Assembly: GCA_016929115.1 (NCBI GenBank) | Contig: JAFGJL010000023.1 | Location: 1-56,324, forward strand | DNA length: 56,324 nucleotides | From: Candidatus Omnitrophota bacterium | GTDB lineage: Bacteria > Omnitrophota > Gorgyraeia > 2-01-FULL-45-10 | Direction: 5' to 3' | In this document: positions 1-9,902 of the stretch, in pieces | How positions within the stretch are numbered: position 1 is the stretch's first letter | Layout: every line of letters begins with the position of its first letter | Made by a program: the position numbers and the translations under genes | Notes under the pieces: generated by a model | Told to the model about the DNA's origin: nothing | Databases searched by the model: none | What the model saw: the letters and a program-made list of their open reading frames with translations, nothing else

Positions 1-22
1 AAATTTCGGAAGGGGGCGGAAG

Positions 23-463
23 ATGGCATTATCGCTGTTGGAATTCGCCGATAAGATAAATGAGATCATGCCGGTCATCATGAGGGAGTCGGCCAGGCAG
101 CAGAGGGGGGCGTTTTACAAGATAAAGGTCACAGTGCCGCAATTGGCTATCCTGGGTTTCCTCAAAAACCACGGGGAGGCCGCCATGACACACATGGCGC
201 GGTACATGTCCGTGACGACGGCCGCCGTGACAGGCATAGTGGAGCGTCTTGTGCGCGAGGGTTATGCGGTGAGACGGAGCGATCCCAAAGACCGGCGCGT
301 CGTCAAAGTAAAGCTTACGCCAAAGGGCGCGTCGCTTATCGGAAAAATGGAAGAGCAGCGCAGAAAAGCTATTATGGGCATGTTCAGCAAGGTATCGCAA
401 CGGGACCGCGAGGAATACCTGCGGATCCTCAAGCATATACAGGATAGTTTTAAGCGTCCTTAA
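23..463 (+). CDS. MarR family transcriptional regulator
   Basis: 146 aa wHTH with AVTGIVERLVREGYAVRRSDPKDRRVVKVKLTPKG MarR signature; heads an efflux operon. Confidence 0.92.
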   Translation: MALSLLEFADKINEIMPVIMRESARQQRGAFYKIKVTVPQLAILGFLKNHGEAAMTHMARYMSVTTAAVTGIVERLVREGYAVRRSDPKDRRVVKVKLTPKGASLIGKMEEQRRKAIMGMFSKVSQRDREEYLRILKHIQDSFKRP

Positions 464-488
464 ACCGACCGGAAGAGGTGCGCGTTTT

Positions 489-2021
489 ATGAAACGCCTA
501 TTGGCCATATTGTCATTGATAGCCTTTATTTGGGGCCCCGCGCTCCGGGCTGAGGAGATCAGGTCCTTCGATAAGGAGGCCTATCTGAAGACAGCGGCTG
601 TCCCGATAGAGCTGCGCATAAACATGGTCGACTGTATCGCCATGGCCCTTAAAAATAACTCCGAGATACTTATAAAGAGGATCTCGCCGCTCATCGCCGA
701 CGCGAACGTGAGGACGGAGAAGGGCAAGTTCGAGCCCAAGTTCTCGTTCGATTTCCAGAATGAGTTCGACGTCGACAACAGCGATTCGCCCCTTTTCGGG
801 CCCGACCCCACGAAGACGAGGACAGGTATATTTAATTTCGGATATGATGAGAAGTTCGTTACAGGGACGAGGCTTTCGGTGGATTTTAACAATACGCGGA
901 CGTCTTCAAATTTGAACCCCCTCATCCAGAGCGTGAACCCCATGTATGACTCGAAAGCCACTGTGACCGTCGTCCAGCCGCTCCTTAAGGGTTTCGGCAT
1001 CATAGTTAACAAGGCGGATTTCCTCATCGCCAGGAACAACAAGAAGAAGTCGGTCCAGGACCTTGCCAAAGAGCTCATCAGCGTCCTGACAGAGGTAAAG
1101 AAGGGCTACTATGATTTCCAGTACTCGCAGGAATTGTATAAAGTGGCTCTCGCGTCGCTCAAAAGGGCGCAGGACCTCTACGACATAAACAAGGAGCGCT
1201 ACGGCAAGGGCCTGGCCTCCAATGTCGACATCCTGCAGTCGGAGGCGGAGGTGGCGAGGCTCGAGCAGCTCCTCCTGGCCGCCGAGAACATGATGAAGCT
1301 TTCCGAGGACAACCTCAAGTTCATCACCAATCTCGTGGACGATCCCGGGCTCTGGAACGCCTCTATAGTGCTTCTGGACGTGTTGAAATACGAGAAAAAG
1401 GAGCCGGACCTTATCCAGGCGATAATGAAGGCATTCGTGCACAGGCCCGATTACGAGGCCGCCAAGCTAGACCTGAAGAACAGGGATATAACCGTCATCT
1501 ACAACCGTAACGGGATGCTCCCGACGCTTGACCTCACGGGGAGCCTCGGCTTTAACGGCCTCGGCAATACCTACGAGAAGGACCTGGGCCATGTCGGCGG
1601 CGGAAAATACCGGGACTGGATGGTCGGCGTCAGCGTCAAGATGCCGCTGTTCAATGACGAGGAGAAGGGAAAATACGAAAAGGCTAAATTTGAGAAACAA
1701 CAGGCGCTCATAGCCTTTAAGCGCCTTGAGCAGAAGATGATCCTGGAGGTCAGGGACGCTGTGCGCAACATCGACATAAAATACAGGATGCTCGAGGCAA
1801 GCCAGAAGTCCAGGAAGGCCGAGGCAGAGAACTATGACGCCCAAGAGACGCGTTTCAGGGCAGGCCTCGTTTCGACGCTTGACATGCGCGATTACCAGGA
1901 GAGGCTGGCGCGGGCTGAGGCGAACCTGGTGAAGAGCGAGATAGATTACAACGTCGCCTTGCTGGAACTTTCGAAGGTGCAGGGGACGACGCTTATAGAG
2001 GATAATATTAAGATCGAGTAA
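489..2021 (+). CDS. TolC family outer membrane efflux protein
   Basis: Signal peptide, two OEP-like repeats (ERYGKGLASNVDILQSE, RFRAGLVSTLD), operon context. Confidence 0.9.
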   Translation: MKRLLAILSLIAFIWGPALRAEEIRSFDKEAYLKTAAVPIELRINMVDCIAMALKNNSEILIKRISPLIADANVRTEKGKFEPKFSFDFQNEFDVDNSDSPLFGPDPTKTRTGIFNFGYDEKFVTGTRLSVDFNNTRTSSNLNPLIQSVNPMYDSKATVTVVQPLLKGFGIIVNKADFLIARNNKKKSVQDLAKELISVLTEVKKGYYDFQYSQELYKVALASLKRAQDLYDINKERYGKGLASNVDILQSEAEVARLEQLLLAAENMMKLSEDNLKFITNLVDDPGLWNASIVLLDVLKYEKKEPDLIQAIMKAFVHRPDYEAAKLDLKNRDITVIYNRNGMLPTLDLTGSLGFNGLGNTYEKDLGHVGGGKYRDWMVGVSVKMPLFNDEEKGKYEKAKFEKQQALIAFKRLEQKMILEVRDAVRNIDIKYRMLEASQKSRKAEAENYDAQETRFRAGLVSTLDMRDYQERLARAEANLVKSEIDYNVALLELSKVQGTTLIEDNIKIE

Positions 2022-2031
2022 GGAGAGTATC

Positions 2032-2919
2032 ATGAGAAAAGCGTCCATCTGTATATTGGTCATATTCATAGCTGCGGCAGGCATGGCAGGGTGCGGCCGT
2101 AAGGTCGGGAGGGAGAAAGCCGAGGAGATACCGGTCAGGGTCATGAAAGCAGAGCGCCGGCCGATCGCCGTTGTCCTCGACTATGTCGGAAGCGTCAAGG
2201 GGCAGGATGAGGCGGTCGTATATCCCAAAGTCCCCGGCAAAGTCCTGGAAAAGGTCAAGGAAGAGCGATCTCCCGTCAAGAAAGGGGAGCCCATAGTCTA
2301 TATCGACAGGGACGAGGTGGGGATGAAGTTCGAGAAGGCGCCGGTTGAAAGCCCTCTGGATGGCATATTGGGACGCGTCTATGTGGATATCGGCTCGCAG
2401 GTCACTCCGCAGACACCCATCGCGCTAGTCTCAACGCTGGATAAGGTCGAGATATACGTGGATATCCCTGAAAAGTACCTCCCCAGGCTGAAGTTGGGGC
2501 AGGAGGTCACTATAAGCGTGGACGCTTATCCGGGAAAAACCTTCACCGGCGCCATAACGGAGATAAGCGCGCTCATCGATACGATGACGCGGTCCGCGCC
2601 TGTCCAGGTAACCGTGGATAATGAAGACCACCGGCTCAAATCGGGAATGTTCGCCAAGGTCAGGATGGTCATAGATGAGCACAGGGACGCTATCGGCGTC
2701 CTGCGCGAGGCGCTAATAGGCAGGGAGCCGGATGTTTACGCCTATATCGTGAATAACGGCAGGGCATGGCTGCGCAGGGTCAAGACCGGCATTCGCCAAG
2801 GCTCGTATTACGAGATCCTTGGGGGCATAGACGAGGGAGATGTCGTTGTCATAATGGGCCAGCACCGGCTCCGCGACGGCTCTCTCGTGAAGATCGAAGA
2901 AAAGAAGATCGAGTATTAA
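2032..2919 (+). CDS. RND efflux periplasmic adaptor (MFP) lipoprotein
   Basis: Lipobox-like MAGC, SPLDG, LKSGMFAKV motifs; RBS AGGAGAG. Confidence 0.9.
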   Translation: MRKASICILVIFIAAAGMAGCGRKVGREKAEEIPVRVMKAERRPIAVVLDYVGSVKGQDEAVVYPKVPGKVLEKVKEERSPVKKGEPIVYIDRDEVGMKFEKAPVESPLDGILGRVYVDIGSQVTPQTPIALVSTLDKVEIYVDIPEKYLPRLKLGQEVTISVDAYPGKTFTGAITEISALIDTMTRSAPVQVTVDNEDHRLKSGMFAKVRMVIDEHRDAIGVLREALIGREPDVYAYIVNNGRAWLRRVKTGIRQGSYYEILGGIDEGDVVVIMGQHRLRDGSLVKIEEKKIEY

Positions 2920-2941
2920 AACGTAAAGTCAGGGTGAAGAG

Positions 2942-5900
2942 ATGAACCTTCCGGAATTCGGCGTCAAAAGGCCTGTAACGAACCTGATGATATTCTCCGC
3001 TATCATCATCATAGCGTTCTACAGCCTTAGCAGGCTCGGTATAGACCTATTCCCGACGATAGAGCCGCCGGTCATCTCCGTCATCGCCGCCTATCCCGGC
3101 GCCAGCGCTGAGGACGCGGAGATAAAGGTGACCGAGCCGCTCGAGAACCAGCTTGCTACGACGCCGGGGCTTGAGAAGATAACGTCGCGTTCCATGGAAG
3201 GCGTTTCCCTTATCTCACTCAAGTTCAAATGGGGGACGAACCTCGATGAGGCGTCGAACGATATACGCGACCGGATAGAGCTAGCCAAGCGTTTTCTGCC
3301 CGATATACCCGACGAAATGGAGATCCCGTTCCTCGTAAAGATAAATACCGCGAACATCCCGATACTGTTTTGCGGCATCACCGCCGAACAGAGTTATCCC
3401 GGCCTCTACGACCTGATAGACAAACAGGTCGGCGACCCCATACGCCAGCTGGCAGGCGTCGGCACGGTCCAGCTCTTCGGCGGGCTCGAGCGCCAGATCA
3501 ATGTCTGGCTAGACAGGGCGCGCCTCGAAGGCTACGGTTTTTCGGTCCAGAATATCTACGACGTCTTGAGAAGGGAGAATATCACCCAGCCGGTAGGCAG
3601 CATAAAGTCGGGCCTGACCGACTATCTCTTGCGGCTGCCCGGCGAGTTTGCCGATCCGGACGAGATGGATTATGTCATCCTGGGAAAACGTGACAATAAA
3701 TTCGTATATCTAAAGGATGTAGCGCGTATGGAGGACGGTTTCAAGGAAGTCAAGATGATCGTCAGGATCAACAAGCATCATGGCCTTATGATGATGATCC
3801 AGAAGCAGACCGGGACCAATACGGTCGAGGTCGCCGAGAAGGTCAAGAAACGGTTAAAACAGCTTGAGAAGAACCTGCCGGCCGACGTGCATATGTTCAT
3901 AATATTCGACAGCGCTAAGGACATCACAAATTCCATCCATTCGCTGACCTCGACCATCCGTATCGGCATCATCCTTGTCATCCTCGTTATCTGGTTCTTC
4001 TTAAGGCAGCTCGCGCCGAGCCTTATCGTCGCGCTCACCCTGCCGTTCTCGCTGCTCATAGCCTTCATATACCTATTCTTGAGCGGCAAGACGATAAATA
4101 CGATAAGCCTCTCGTCGCTGGCGATAGCGGCCGGTATGGTCGTCGATAACGCGATAGTCGTCGTGGATAACGCCTTCCGGCATGTCGAAAGGGGACAGAG
4201 GCCGAGCGAAGCGGCGATCTACGGCACAAGCGAGATGTTCCTTTCGATAGGCGCTTCAACACTCACTACCATCGTCGTCTTTTTGCCGATGCTCTTCATA
4301 ACGGGCTTCGTCGGTATAATGTTCGGTGAACTCGCGATGATAGTGACCGTCACGCTCCTCGCTTCCCTGTTCACGGCTACGACCTTCAGCCCCATGCTCT
4401 GTTCGAAGTGGATCAAACCGGCCGGCAGCACCGTTCGCGCGAAGCATCCTTATCTGCAAAGGTTTTACGACGCCTCGGAGCGGTTTTTCAAGTCGCTAGA
4501 GGAGAGATATTCAGGCGCTCTGGCATGGTGCCTCGGCCACAAAAAGTCCGTCATCTACGGCTTTCTCGCCGCTTTTATATTCAGTCTTTTCCTGAGCCGT
4601 TTTGTGGGTAACGAATTCATCCCTGAAGAGGATACCGGCGACCTGCGCCTCACGATCAGTCTCCCGCTCGGCACGCGGCTGGAGGAATCCGACAGCGTCG
4701 CTTACCGGATAGAAGAGATCTTTAAAGAGGAGGTGCCTGAAGCCCGGTTCATCTTCGTGAGAAGCGGCGAGACGCCGGGGACGGGAAGGGTGTGGGGAGG
4801 CGGCGCCGGAAAGCACGTCATCGTGGGCGGCGCAAAGCTTGTTACGAAGAGCGGGAGGAGGCGCTCGGACAAGGAGATCGCGAATATAGTAAGGAAGAGG
4901 ATATGGGAGATCCCGGGCGTCGAGAAGGTCGATGTCGCGACAGGCACGCCTATCGGCGCGCTCATCGCCGGCCGCTCGGCGTCGAAGTCGATCGAGGTCG
5001 ACATCATAGGCCACTCCTTCGATGATACGAACCGCCTTGCCAACGAGATAAAGGATATCGTGAAGGAAGTGCCGGGGGCCGTCGACGTCAGTATTTCAAG
5101 GGAGATAAACAGGCCGGAGCTGCGCATCGAGGTCGACCGGGAAAAGGCGGCGACGTTAGGGCTGGACATGTACACGATAGCCGACAGTATGAAGACGTTC
5201 GTGGAGGGCTCGACCGCCACCAAGTACAGGGAGAAGGGTGAGACCTATGACATCTACGTGCGGCTGGAGGATGAAGGGCGCTCCAAGATAGAGGACATCG
5301 AGGGCCTGCCTATCGTCTCTCCGATCACCGGCAAGCAGATCAAGCTCTCCAATGTCGCTAAGATAGTCGAGACGGCCGGACCGGTCGAGATAGAGAGACA
5401 GAACCGCGAGAGGATCGTGCGCGTCGAATGCAATACCTACAAGCGCTCCGCCGGCAAGGTCAGGGAGGACATCAAGGCGCGCCTGCGCTCGGTCCCGATA
5501 CCATCCGACATAATAATAGATTTCGGCGGCGAGGCGGAAGAACAGGCTAAGGCCTTCGGCGACCTCACGGTCTTGTTGCTTCTCGGCGTCTCGCTCGTCT
5601 ACATGGTCATGGCGGCCCAGTTCGAGTCGCTTCTCGACCCGTTCATCGTCATGTTCTCAATACCGTTCACCTTCACCGGCGTTATCCTTGCGCTCCTTGT
5701 CACGCGGATGACCCTTAATGTGATAAGCTTTCTGGGCATGGTCATGCTCATGGGTATCGTCGTCAATAACGCCATTGTGCTGATAAGTTATATCAATATC
5801 CTCAGGGCGCGCGGCCATACTTTGATAGAGGCGATAACGATGGGAGGCAGGGACCGTCTGAGGCCTGTCCTCATGACGACTATCACCACGCTCGCGGGCC

Positions 5901-6112
5901 TTTTGCCGCTGGCCTTTTTCCGCGGTGAAGGGTCGGAGTCGTGGCAGCCGCTCGGCATCACGATGCTCGGCGGCCTTAGCGTTTCGACCCTCATCACGCT
6001 CCTATTTGTGCCGACGCTGTACGCCGTATTCGAGATGCGGCTGAAGAAGGAAAAGAAGAGGAAGCGTCTTTTTGAAAGGTTCTTCGTAAAAGAGAAAGAG
6101 GCCAGGCCATGA
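2942..6112 (+). CDS. RND efflux permease (AcrB/MdtC-like)
   Basis: 1056 aa, GMVVDNAIVV, AAQFES, RLRPVLMTT motifs. Confidence 0.95.
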   Translation: MNLPEFGVKRPVTNLMIFSAIIIIAFYSLSRLGIDLFPTIEPPVISVIAAYPGASAEDAEIKVTEPLENQLATTPGLEKITSRSMEGVSLISLKFKWGTNLDEASNDIRDRIELAKRFLPDIPDEMEIPFLVKINTANIPILFCGITAEQSYPGLYDLIDKQVGDPIRQLAGVGTVQLFGGLERQINVWLDRARLEGYGFSVQNIYDVLRRENITQPVGSIKSGLTDYLLRLPGEFADPDEMDYVILGKRDNKFVYLKDVARMEDGFKEVKMIVRINKHHGLMMMIQKQTGTNTVEVAEKVKKRLKQLEKNLPADVHMFIIFDSAKDITNSIHSLTSTIRIGIILVILVIWFFLRQLAPSLIVALTLPFSLLIAFIYLFLSGKTINTISLSSLAIAAGMVVDNAIVVVDNAFRHVERGQRPSEAAIYGTSEMFLSIGASTLTTIVVFLPMLFITGFVGIMFGELAMIVTVTLLASLFTATTFSPMLCSKWIKPAGSTVRAKHPYLQRFYDASERFFKSLEERYSGALAWCLGHKKSVIYGFLAAFIFSLFLSRFVGNEFIPEEDTGDLRLTISLPLGTRLEESDSVAYRIEEIFKEEVPEARFIFVRSGETPGTGRVWGGGAGKHVIVGGAKLVTKSGRRRSDKEIANIVRKRIWEIPGVEKVDVATGTPIGALIAGRSASKSIEVDIIGHSFDDTNRLANEIKDIVKEVPGAVDVSISREINRPELRIEVDREKAATLGLDMYTIADSMKTFVEGSTATKYREKGETYDIYVRLEDEGRSKIEDIEGLPIVSPITGKQIKLSNVAKIVETAGPVEIERQNRERIVRVECNTYKRSAGKVREDIKARLRSVPIPSDIIIDFGGEAEEQAKAFGDLTVLLLLGVSLVYMVMAAQFESLLDPFIVMFSIPFTFTGVILALLVTRMTLNVISFLGMVMLMGIVVNNAIVLISYINILRARGHTLIEAITMGGRDRLRPVLMTTITTLAGLLPLAFFRGEGSESWQPLGITMLGGLSVSTLITLLFVPTLYAVFEMRLKKEKKRKRLFERFFVKEKEARP

Positions 6113-6402
6113 AGATGGTGATGGTATCCTACAATCAGGCTATGGACGACGAGGTGATGGAGGTGTTGCAGCACTGCGCGGTCAAAAACTACACGAAGAT
6201 ACCGTCTATCTTCGGCAAGGGCACCTCCTCCGGCACCCATATGGGCGACGACATATGGCCGGGCAAGAACAACCTCCTTTTTACCGCCTGCGACGATGAC
6301 GCCGCAAAGCACATACTCGCCTGCGTTACCGAACTGCGCAAGGCCCTCGGCTCGGAAGGCGTCAAGGCCTTCGTCCTGCCGCTCGAAGAGATGACACGGT
6401 GA
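6109..6402 (+). CDS. P-II-like transporter-associated protein (PG0541-like)
   Basis: 97 aa, ATGA overlap with RND gene, NYTK..GKG..G.H.G..IWPG.N pattern. Confidence 0.7.
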   Translation: MKMVMVSYNQAMDDEVMEVLQHCAVKNYTKIPSIFGKGTSSGTHMGDDIWPGKNNLLFTACDDDAAKHILACVTELRKALGSEGVKAFVLPLEEMTR

Positions 6403-6419
6403 GGGTTTAATGATATAAT
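6391..6419 (+). promoter_or_regulatory. sigma70-type promoter for greA
   Basis: ATGACA-N17-TATAAT with TGn extension. Confidence 0.6.
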
Positions 6420-6430
6420 AATTTAAAAGT

Positions 6431-6457
6431 GGAAAATAGGGACTGTCCCATTTTTCC
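6431..6457. repeat. REP-like palindrome, copy A
   Basis: GGAAAATAGGGACTGTCCCATTTTTCC; related copies at ~14905, ~20494 and ~34613. Confidence 0.75.
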
Positions 6458-6473
6458 CGAAAAGAGAGATATT

Positions 6474-6950
6474 GTGAGCGGGGATTTCTATCTTACTCAC
6501 GAAGGCCACGAGAAGCTGCGCAAGGAGCTCGAGCATCTCAAGACCGTCAAACGCCGCGAGCTGTCGAAGGCGATCGGCGAGGCAAGGGCCCACGGTGATA
6601 TAAGCGAGAACGCCGAATACGACGCCGCCAAGACCGCGCAGGGGCTTAACGAGAAAAGGATAGCCGAGCTGGAGGAAAAGCTGTCACGTGCCAAGATACT
6701 TGATGACACCGATATGCCAAAAGACGAGGTGCTCATAGGCGCGACGGTCACGCTAAGGGACCTCGATACGAAGCAGGAAGTCCAGTACATGCTCGTCTCA
6801 GAGGAAGAGGCCGATCTGGCTAAAGGGAAGATATCGGTCACTTCTCCTGTCGGAAAAGCCCTCATCGGCCATAAGGTGGGCAAGCTTGTGGAAATAGAAG
6901 TGCCGGCAGGCGTTTTCACCTATAAGATACTGAAGATCGAGAGGAAGTGA
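6474..6950 (+). CDS. greA: Transcription elongation factor GreA
   Basis: ARAHGDISENAEYDAAK, ISVTSPVGKALIG; start likely GTG 6474, since the 6429 start reads through the palindrome. Confidence 0.95.
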   Translation: MSGDFYLTHEGHEKLRKELEHLKTVKRRELSKAIGEARAHGDISENAEYDAAKTAQGLNEKRIAELEEKLSRAKILDDTDMPKDEVLIGATVTLRDLDTKQEVQYMLVSEEEADLAKGKISVTSPVGKALIGHKVGKLVEIEVPAGVFTYKILKIERK

Positions 6951-6966
6951 GGCGGGTTGGAAATAA

Positions 6967-7033
6967 AAGTTTAGCTCATAGGAAAAGCTTTCAAACCTAT
7001 GAGCCATGAGCTAAGAGCTATGAGCTAAAACTT
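6967..7033. repeat. Heptamer (CTATGAG)n tandem plus inverted repeat between convergent greA and ispH; may act as a bidirectional terminator
   Basis: CTATGAG CCATGAG CTAAGAG CTATGAG CTAAAAC at 6997-7031, complementary to GTTTAGCTCATAGG at 6969-6982. Confidence 0.75.
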
Positions 7034-7866
7034 GCTATATACTGTACTATATCACTCGTTGTCTCATCCGGCGTGGATGCCCCCGCGGTGACCCCGACCG
7101 TTTCAGCTCTCTTAAACCAGGCCTTCCGCAAGTCGGCTTTTGATCGGACCCAGTAGCTTCTCTTGTTCAGCGATTTTGATATTTCGTAGAGGCGTTTCGT
7201 GTTGGCGCTCGTCTTTGAGCCGATGACGATCATGACATCGTTGGCCAGAGGCATCCTCTTTATCTCATCCTGTTTTAGCCGTGTGGGCCTGCAGATGGTA
7301 TTAAAGAACCTCAATTCCCTGATATGCCGGCTCAATATGTCGACGATGCCGAGCACTTTGTCCAGGTTCTGGGTGGACTGCGCTATCACCGCGCACTTTT
7401 TTATCTTCTTGATCTTCTGCGAGATATCACCGGCGCTTTCCACGACAAAAGCCTTTTTCTTCAACTGTCCGATGATGCCTTGCACCTCATCATGCTTCTT
7501 ATCGCCTAAAATGATGACGGTGTAGCCCTTCCGCTCCATCTCCTTCGCTGTCTTGTGGATCTCTTTCACCATGGGGCAGGTCGCGTCGACGATACGGTAG
7601 CCTAGAGAGCGGGCTTTTTTAAATATATCCATGCTGGCGCCGTGGGCGCGGATGAGAAGCGCCTTATTCCTGCCGTTACCGAGCCGCTTTATCTTTTTTA
7701 TGCCCGCGCCGGTTATCTGGCGCACGACCTCTTCGTTATGCACTATATCGCCCAACATACATACAGGCGCGGGGGACTTCGCAGTCTCGAACGCTATGGC
7801 AAGGGCGCGTTTTACGCCAAAACAGAAACCGGCCGATCTTGCTACGGAGATCTTCATGCGTGTCAT
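7018..7866 (-). CDS. ispH: 4-hydroxy-3-methylbut-2-enyl diphosphate reductase
   Basis: AGFCFGVKRA, IVHN, RAHG, DATCP, NTIC, SANT, TAGASTP motifs. Confidence 0.97.
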   Translation of the reverse strand: MTRMKISVARSAGFCFGVKRALAIAFETAKSPAPVCMLGDIVHNEEVVRQITGAGIKKIKRLGNGRNKALLIRAHGASMDIFKKARSLGYRIVDATCPMVKEIHKTAKEMERKGYTVIILGDKKHDEVQGIIGQLKKKAFVVESAGDISQKIKKIKKCAVIAQSTQNLDKVLGIVDILSRHIRELRFFNTICRPTRLKQDEIKRMPLANDVMIVIGSKTSANTKRLYEISKSLNKRSYWVRSKADLRKAWFKRAETVGVTAGASTPDETTSDIVQYIASFSS

Positions 7867-8918
7867 ATGTTTAACAGATCTTTACAGTAGGAATCAAGCA
7901 GCTTCCTGTACCGCGGACGCATGGTAAGTGACGCGCTTGAGCGTTCAGCCTTCCTGAGGAAGCAAGAGACCTCTTTTTTCGCGTATTGCAGGGCGCCGGA
8001 GGACGAGACTATTGCGCGTATACGCATCAGCTCTTTCTTCGCGGGGTTTTCGCTCGCCAGGACATCCCGGATGGCCTTTCTGTCGCTTGGAGAGGAGGAG
8101 TGGTATGCGCGCCATAGAAGAATGGTCTTTTTTGACTCCTTAAGGTCGGTAAGCTGCGGTTTGCCGGTCTTTTTTTCGTCGCCGAACATGTCGAGGATAT
8201 CGTCCTTTATCTGGAAGGCCCTTCCGAGGTATGTGCCGTAGGTGAAGAGATTGTGTATTTCCGCCTTAGGCGCTCCTGCCAGGAGCGCCCCTATGGAGAG
8301 GGGCGACGAGAACGTGTAATTGGCGGTCTTCAGGTCGTATATCTTGTATATATCGTCCTTTGTCACCTTCTTGATGTCCTTCAGCCCGCCTAGAAGTTCG
8401 ATAAATTCGCCTCCGCCCGTGAAGAGGACGGATTCGGCGAAACGTTTTAACGCTTTTTCTTTGCGCCGGGGGTCTTCGTCTATCGACAGGAACGCGTCGA
8501 CGGCCATGGCGTAAACGATATCGCCGGCAACGATGGCAAGGTCGCTGCCGGAGAACTTGGCCTTCTTGCTTATAGGGATACGTTTTTCCAGAAGCCTGTG
8601 CATCGAGGGAAGGCCGCGCCGCAGGTCCGATTTGTCGATGATGTCATCGTGGATGAGCATGAAGTCATGAAGGAGCTCGAATGCGACGGCGCTTTCGTAT
8701 AAGCCGCGCTTTTTTTTGCCGGCATAGCCGAGGTAGCCTATTACAAAGAGAATGGGCCGGACCCTTTTCCCTTTCCGGGCGAGGAAGTTTTTTATGCTTG
8801 AGGAGAGGACCGGCGAGATCTCTTTCAGATAGTGGGCCGCGTCAAGCTTCCCGACGTAAAGCGCCAGGGCCTTCTCTATATCTTTTTTTATCTTCCTGAA
8901 TTTTATTTTATCGGCCAT
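7863..8918 (-). CDS. Polyprenyl diphosphate synthase (GGPP synthase-like)
   Basis: GKRVRP, LIHDDIID..DLRRG, FQIKDDILD motifs. Confidence 0.93.
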   Translation of the reverse strand: MADKIKFRKIKKDIEKALALYVGKLDAAHYLKEISPVLSSSIKNFLARKGKRVRPILFVIGYLGYAGKKKRGLYESAVAFELLHDFMLIHDDIIDKSDLRRGLPSMHRLLEKRIPISKKAKFSGSDLAIVAGDIVYAMAVDAFLSIDEDPRRKEKALKRFAESVLFTGGGEFIELLGGLKDIKKVTKDDIYKIYDLKTANYTFSSPLSIGALLAGAPKAEIHNLFTYGTYLGRAFQIKDDILDMFGDEKKTGKPQLTDLKESKKTILLWRAYHSSSPSDRKAIRDVLASENPAKKELMRIRAIVSSSGALQYAKKEVSCFLRKAERSSASLTMRPRYRKLLDSYCKDLLNI

Positions 8919-8925
8919 GGTTTTT

Positions 8926-8954
8926 ATGCTACCATATATTCATCGGGAATACAA
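8926..8954 (-). promoter_or_regulatory. sigma70 promoter, probably for a leaderless transcript of the polyprenyl synthase-ispH operon
   Basis: Minus strand TTGTAT-N17-TAGCAT (TGn extended), ATG 7 nt downstream, no SD. Confidence 0.55.
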
Positions 8955-8978
8955 GATTGCCCCATACCTCGTGAGATC

Positions 8979-9398
8979 ATGAAAATCGTTACTGAAAAGA
9001 TCAGGGTAAACACAAAGGGCGCCGGAGACCTCGTAGATATAACGGATAAGTTAAAGAGGATACTCGGCGCTTCCAGGATGAAGGATGGCCAGCTGACGGC
9101 GTTCGTGGTTGGCTCGACCGCCGCCATCACTACGTTCGAATACGAATCTGGCCTCGCGCAGGATATGCGTGATCTCTACGAGAAGATCGCGCCGGCTAAC
9201 AAGCACTACAGCCACGATGACACATGGGGTGACGCAAACGGGTTCAGTCATGTGCGCGCGGCTCTCCAGGGCCCGTCGGTTGCGGTGCCGTTCGAGGCTG
9301 GGAGGCTGATGTTGGGCACATGGCAGCAGGTGGTGCTCGCGGAATTTGATAATCAGCAGAGAGACAGGCAGATAATAGTGCAGCTTATGGGAGAGTAG
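8979..9398 (+). CDS. yjbQ: YjbQ/UPF0047 family protein
   Basis: GSTAAITT.E, NGFSHVRAAL.G, LGTWQQV..EFD; start ATG 8979. Confidence 0.88.
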   Translation: MKIVTEKIRVNTKGAGDLVDITDKLKRILGASRMKDGQLTAFVVGSTAAITTFEYESGLAQDMRDLYEKIAPANKHYSHDDTWGDANGFSHVRAALQGPSVAVPFEAGRLMLGTWQQVVLAEFDNQQRDRQIIVQLMGE

Positions 9399-9412
9399 CG
9401 GAAGGAGGATAT

Positions 9413-9682
9413 ATGGGCATAAAGGTGGAAAAGTTTGACCAGGCGGCCTTAAAGAAGATGGGCGTGTTCTCATGGCCCATATGGACGAAGGAGGTCTCGA
9501 GCTTTGATTGGCATTATGACCAGATGGAGCAGTGCTATTTCCTGGAAGGCAAGGTCACCGTTGAGACTAAGGACGGTGAGAAGGTGACATTCGGCAAGGG
9601 CGATTTTGTCACGTTCCCGGTAGGCCTTTCCTGCGTATGGAAAGTTGAGCAACCTGTTAAGAAGCATTATAATTTCAGTTAA
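9413..9682 (+). CDS. Cupin domain protein (DUF861/EutQ-like)
   Basis: WPIWTKEVSSFDWHY..E.CYFLEGKV, GDFVTFP.G. Confidence 0.85.
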   Translation: MGIKVEKFDQAALKKMGVFSWPIWTKEVSSFDWHYDQMEQCYFLEGKVTVETKDGEKVTFGKGDFVTFPVGLSCVWKVEQPVKKHYNFS

Positions 9683-9692
9683 AGGAGCGTTT

Positions 9693-9902
9693 ATGAAAGC
9701 CTTTTTGGTAGGATTGCTGTTCCTGGTCTTGGTGGGTATACTTGCCGCAGTCGGGTTTGCAGGTTGGTTCCTGCTGCTGCCGCTCTTCATGGTGCTGGGG
9801 TTGCTTTTGCGGGTCCTGTTCGTATTTTTCCTCTTTGTCCTTGTCGTGTGGCTTGTCGGCAAGTTCGTCCTTTACGTGATCCATTCGCTGAAGAACATAT
9901 GA
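9693..9902 (+). CDS. Small hydrophobic membrane protein
   Basis: RBS AAGGAG, 69 aa almost entirely hydrophobic. Confidence 0.65.
   Translation: MKAFLVGLLFLVLVGILAAVGFAGWFLLLPLFMVLGLLLRVLFVFFLFVLVVWLVGKFVLYVIHSLKNI

Noticed and set aside
6429-6473. N-terminal extension MENRDCPIFPEK on GreA
   Set aside because: It is the translation of the REP-like palindrome in the 5' UTR
8832-8978. Longer ORF-track start for the first YjbQ (similarly 9764, 30258, 32358, 32941, 35975, 45465, 52564)
   Set aside because: These extensions overlap neighbouring genes or promoters; downstream starts fit family N-termini and RBS or coupling better
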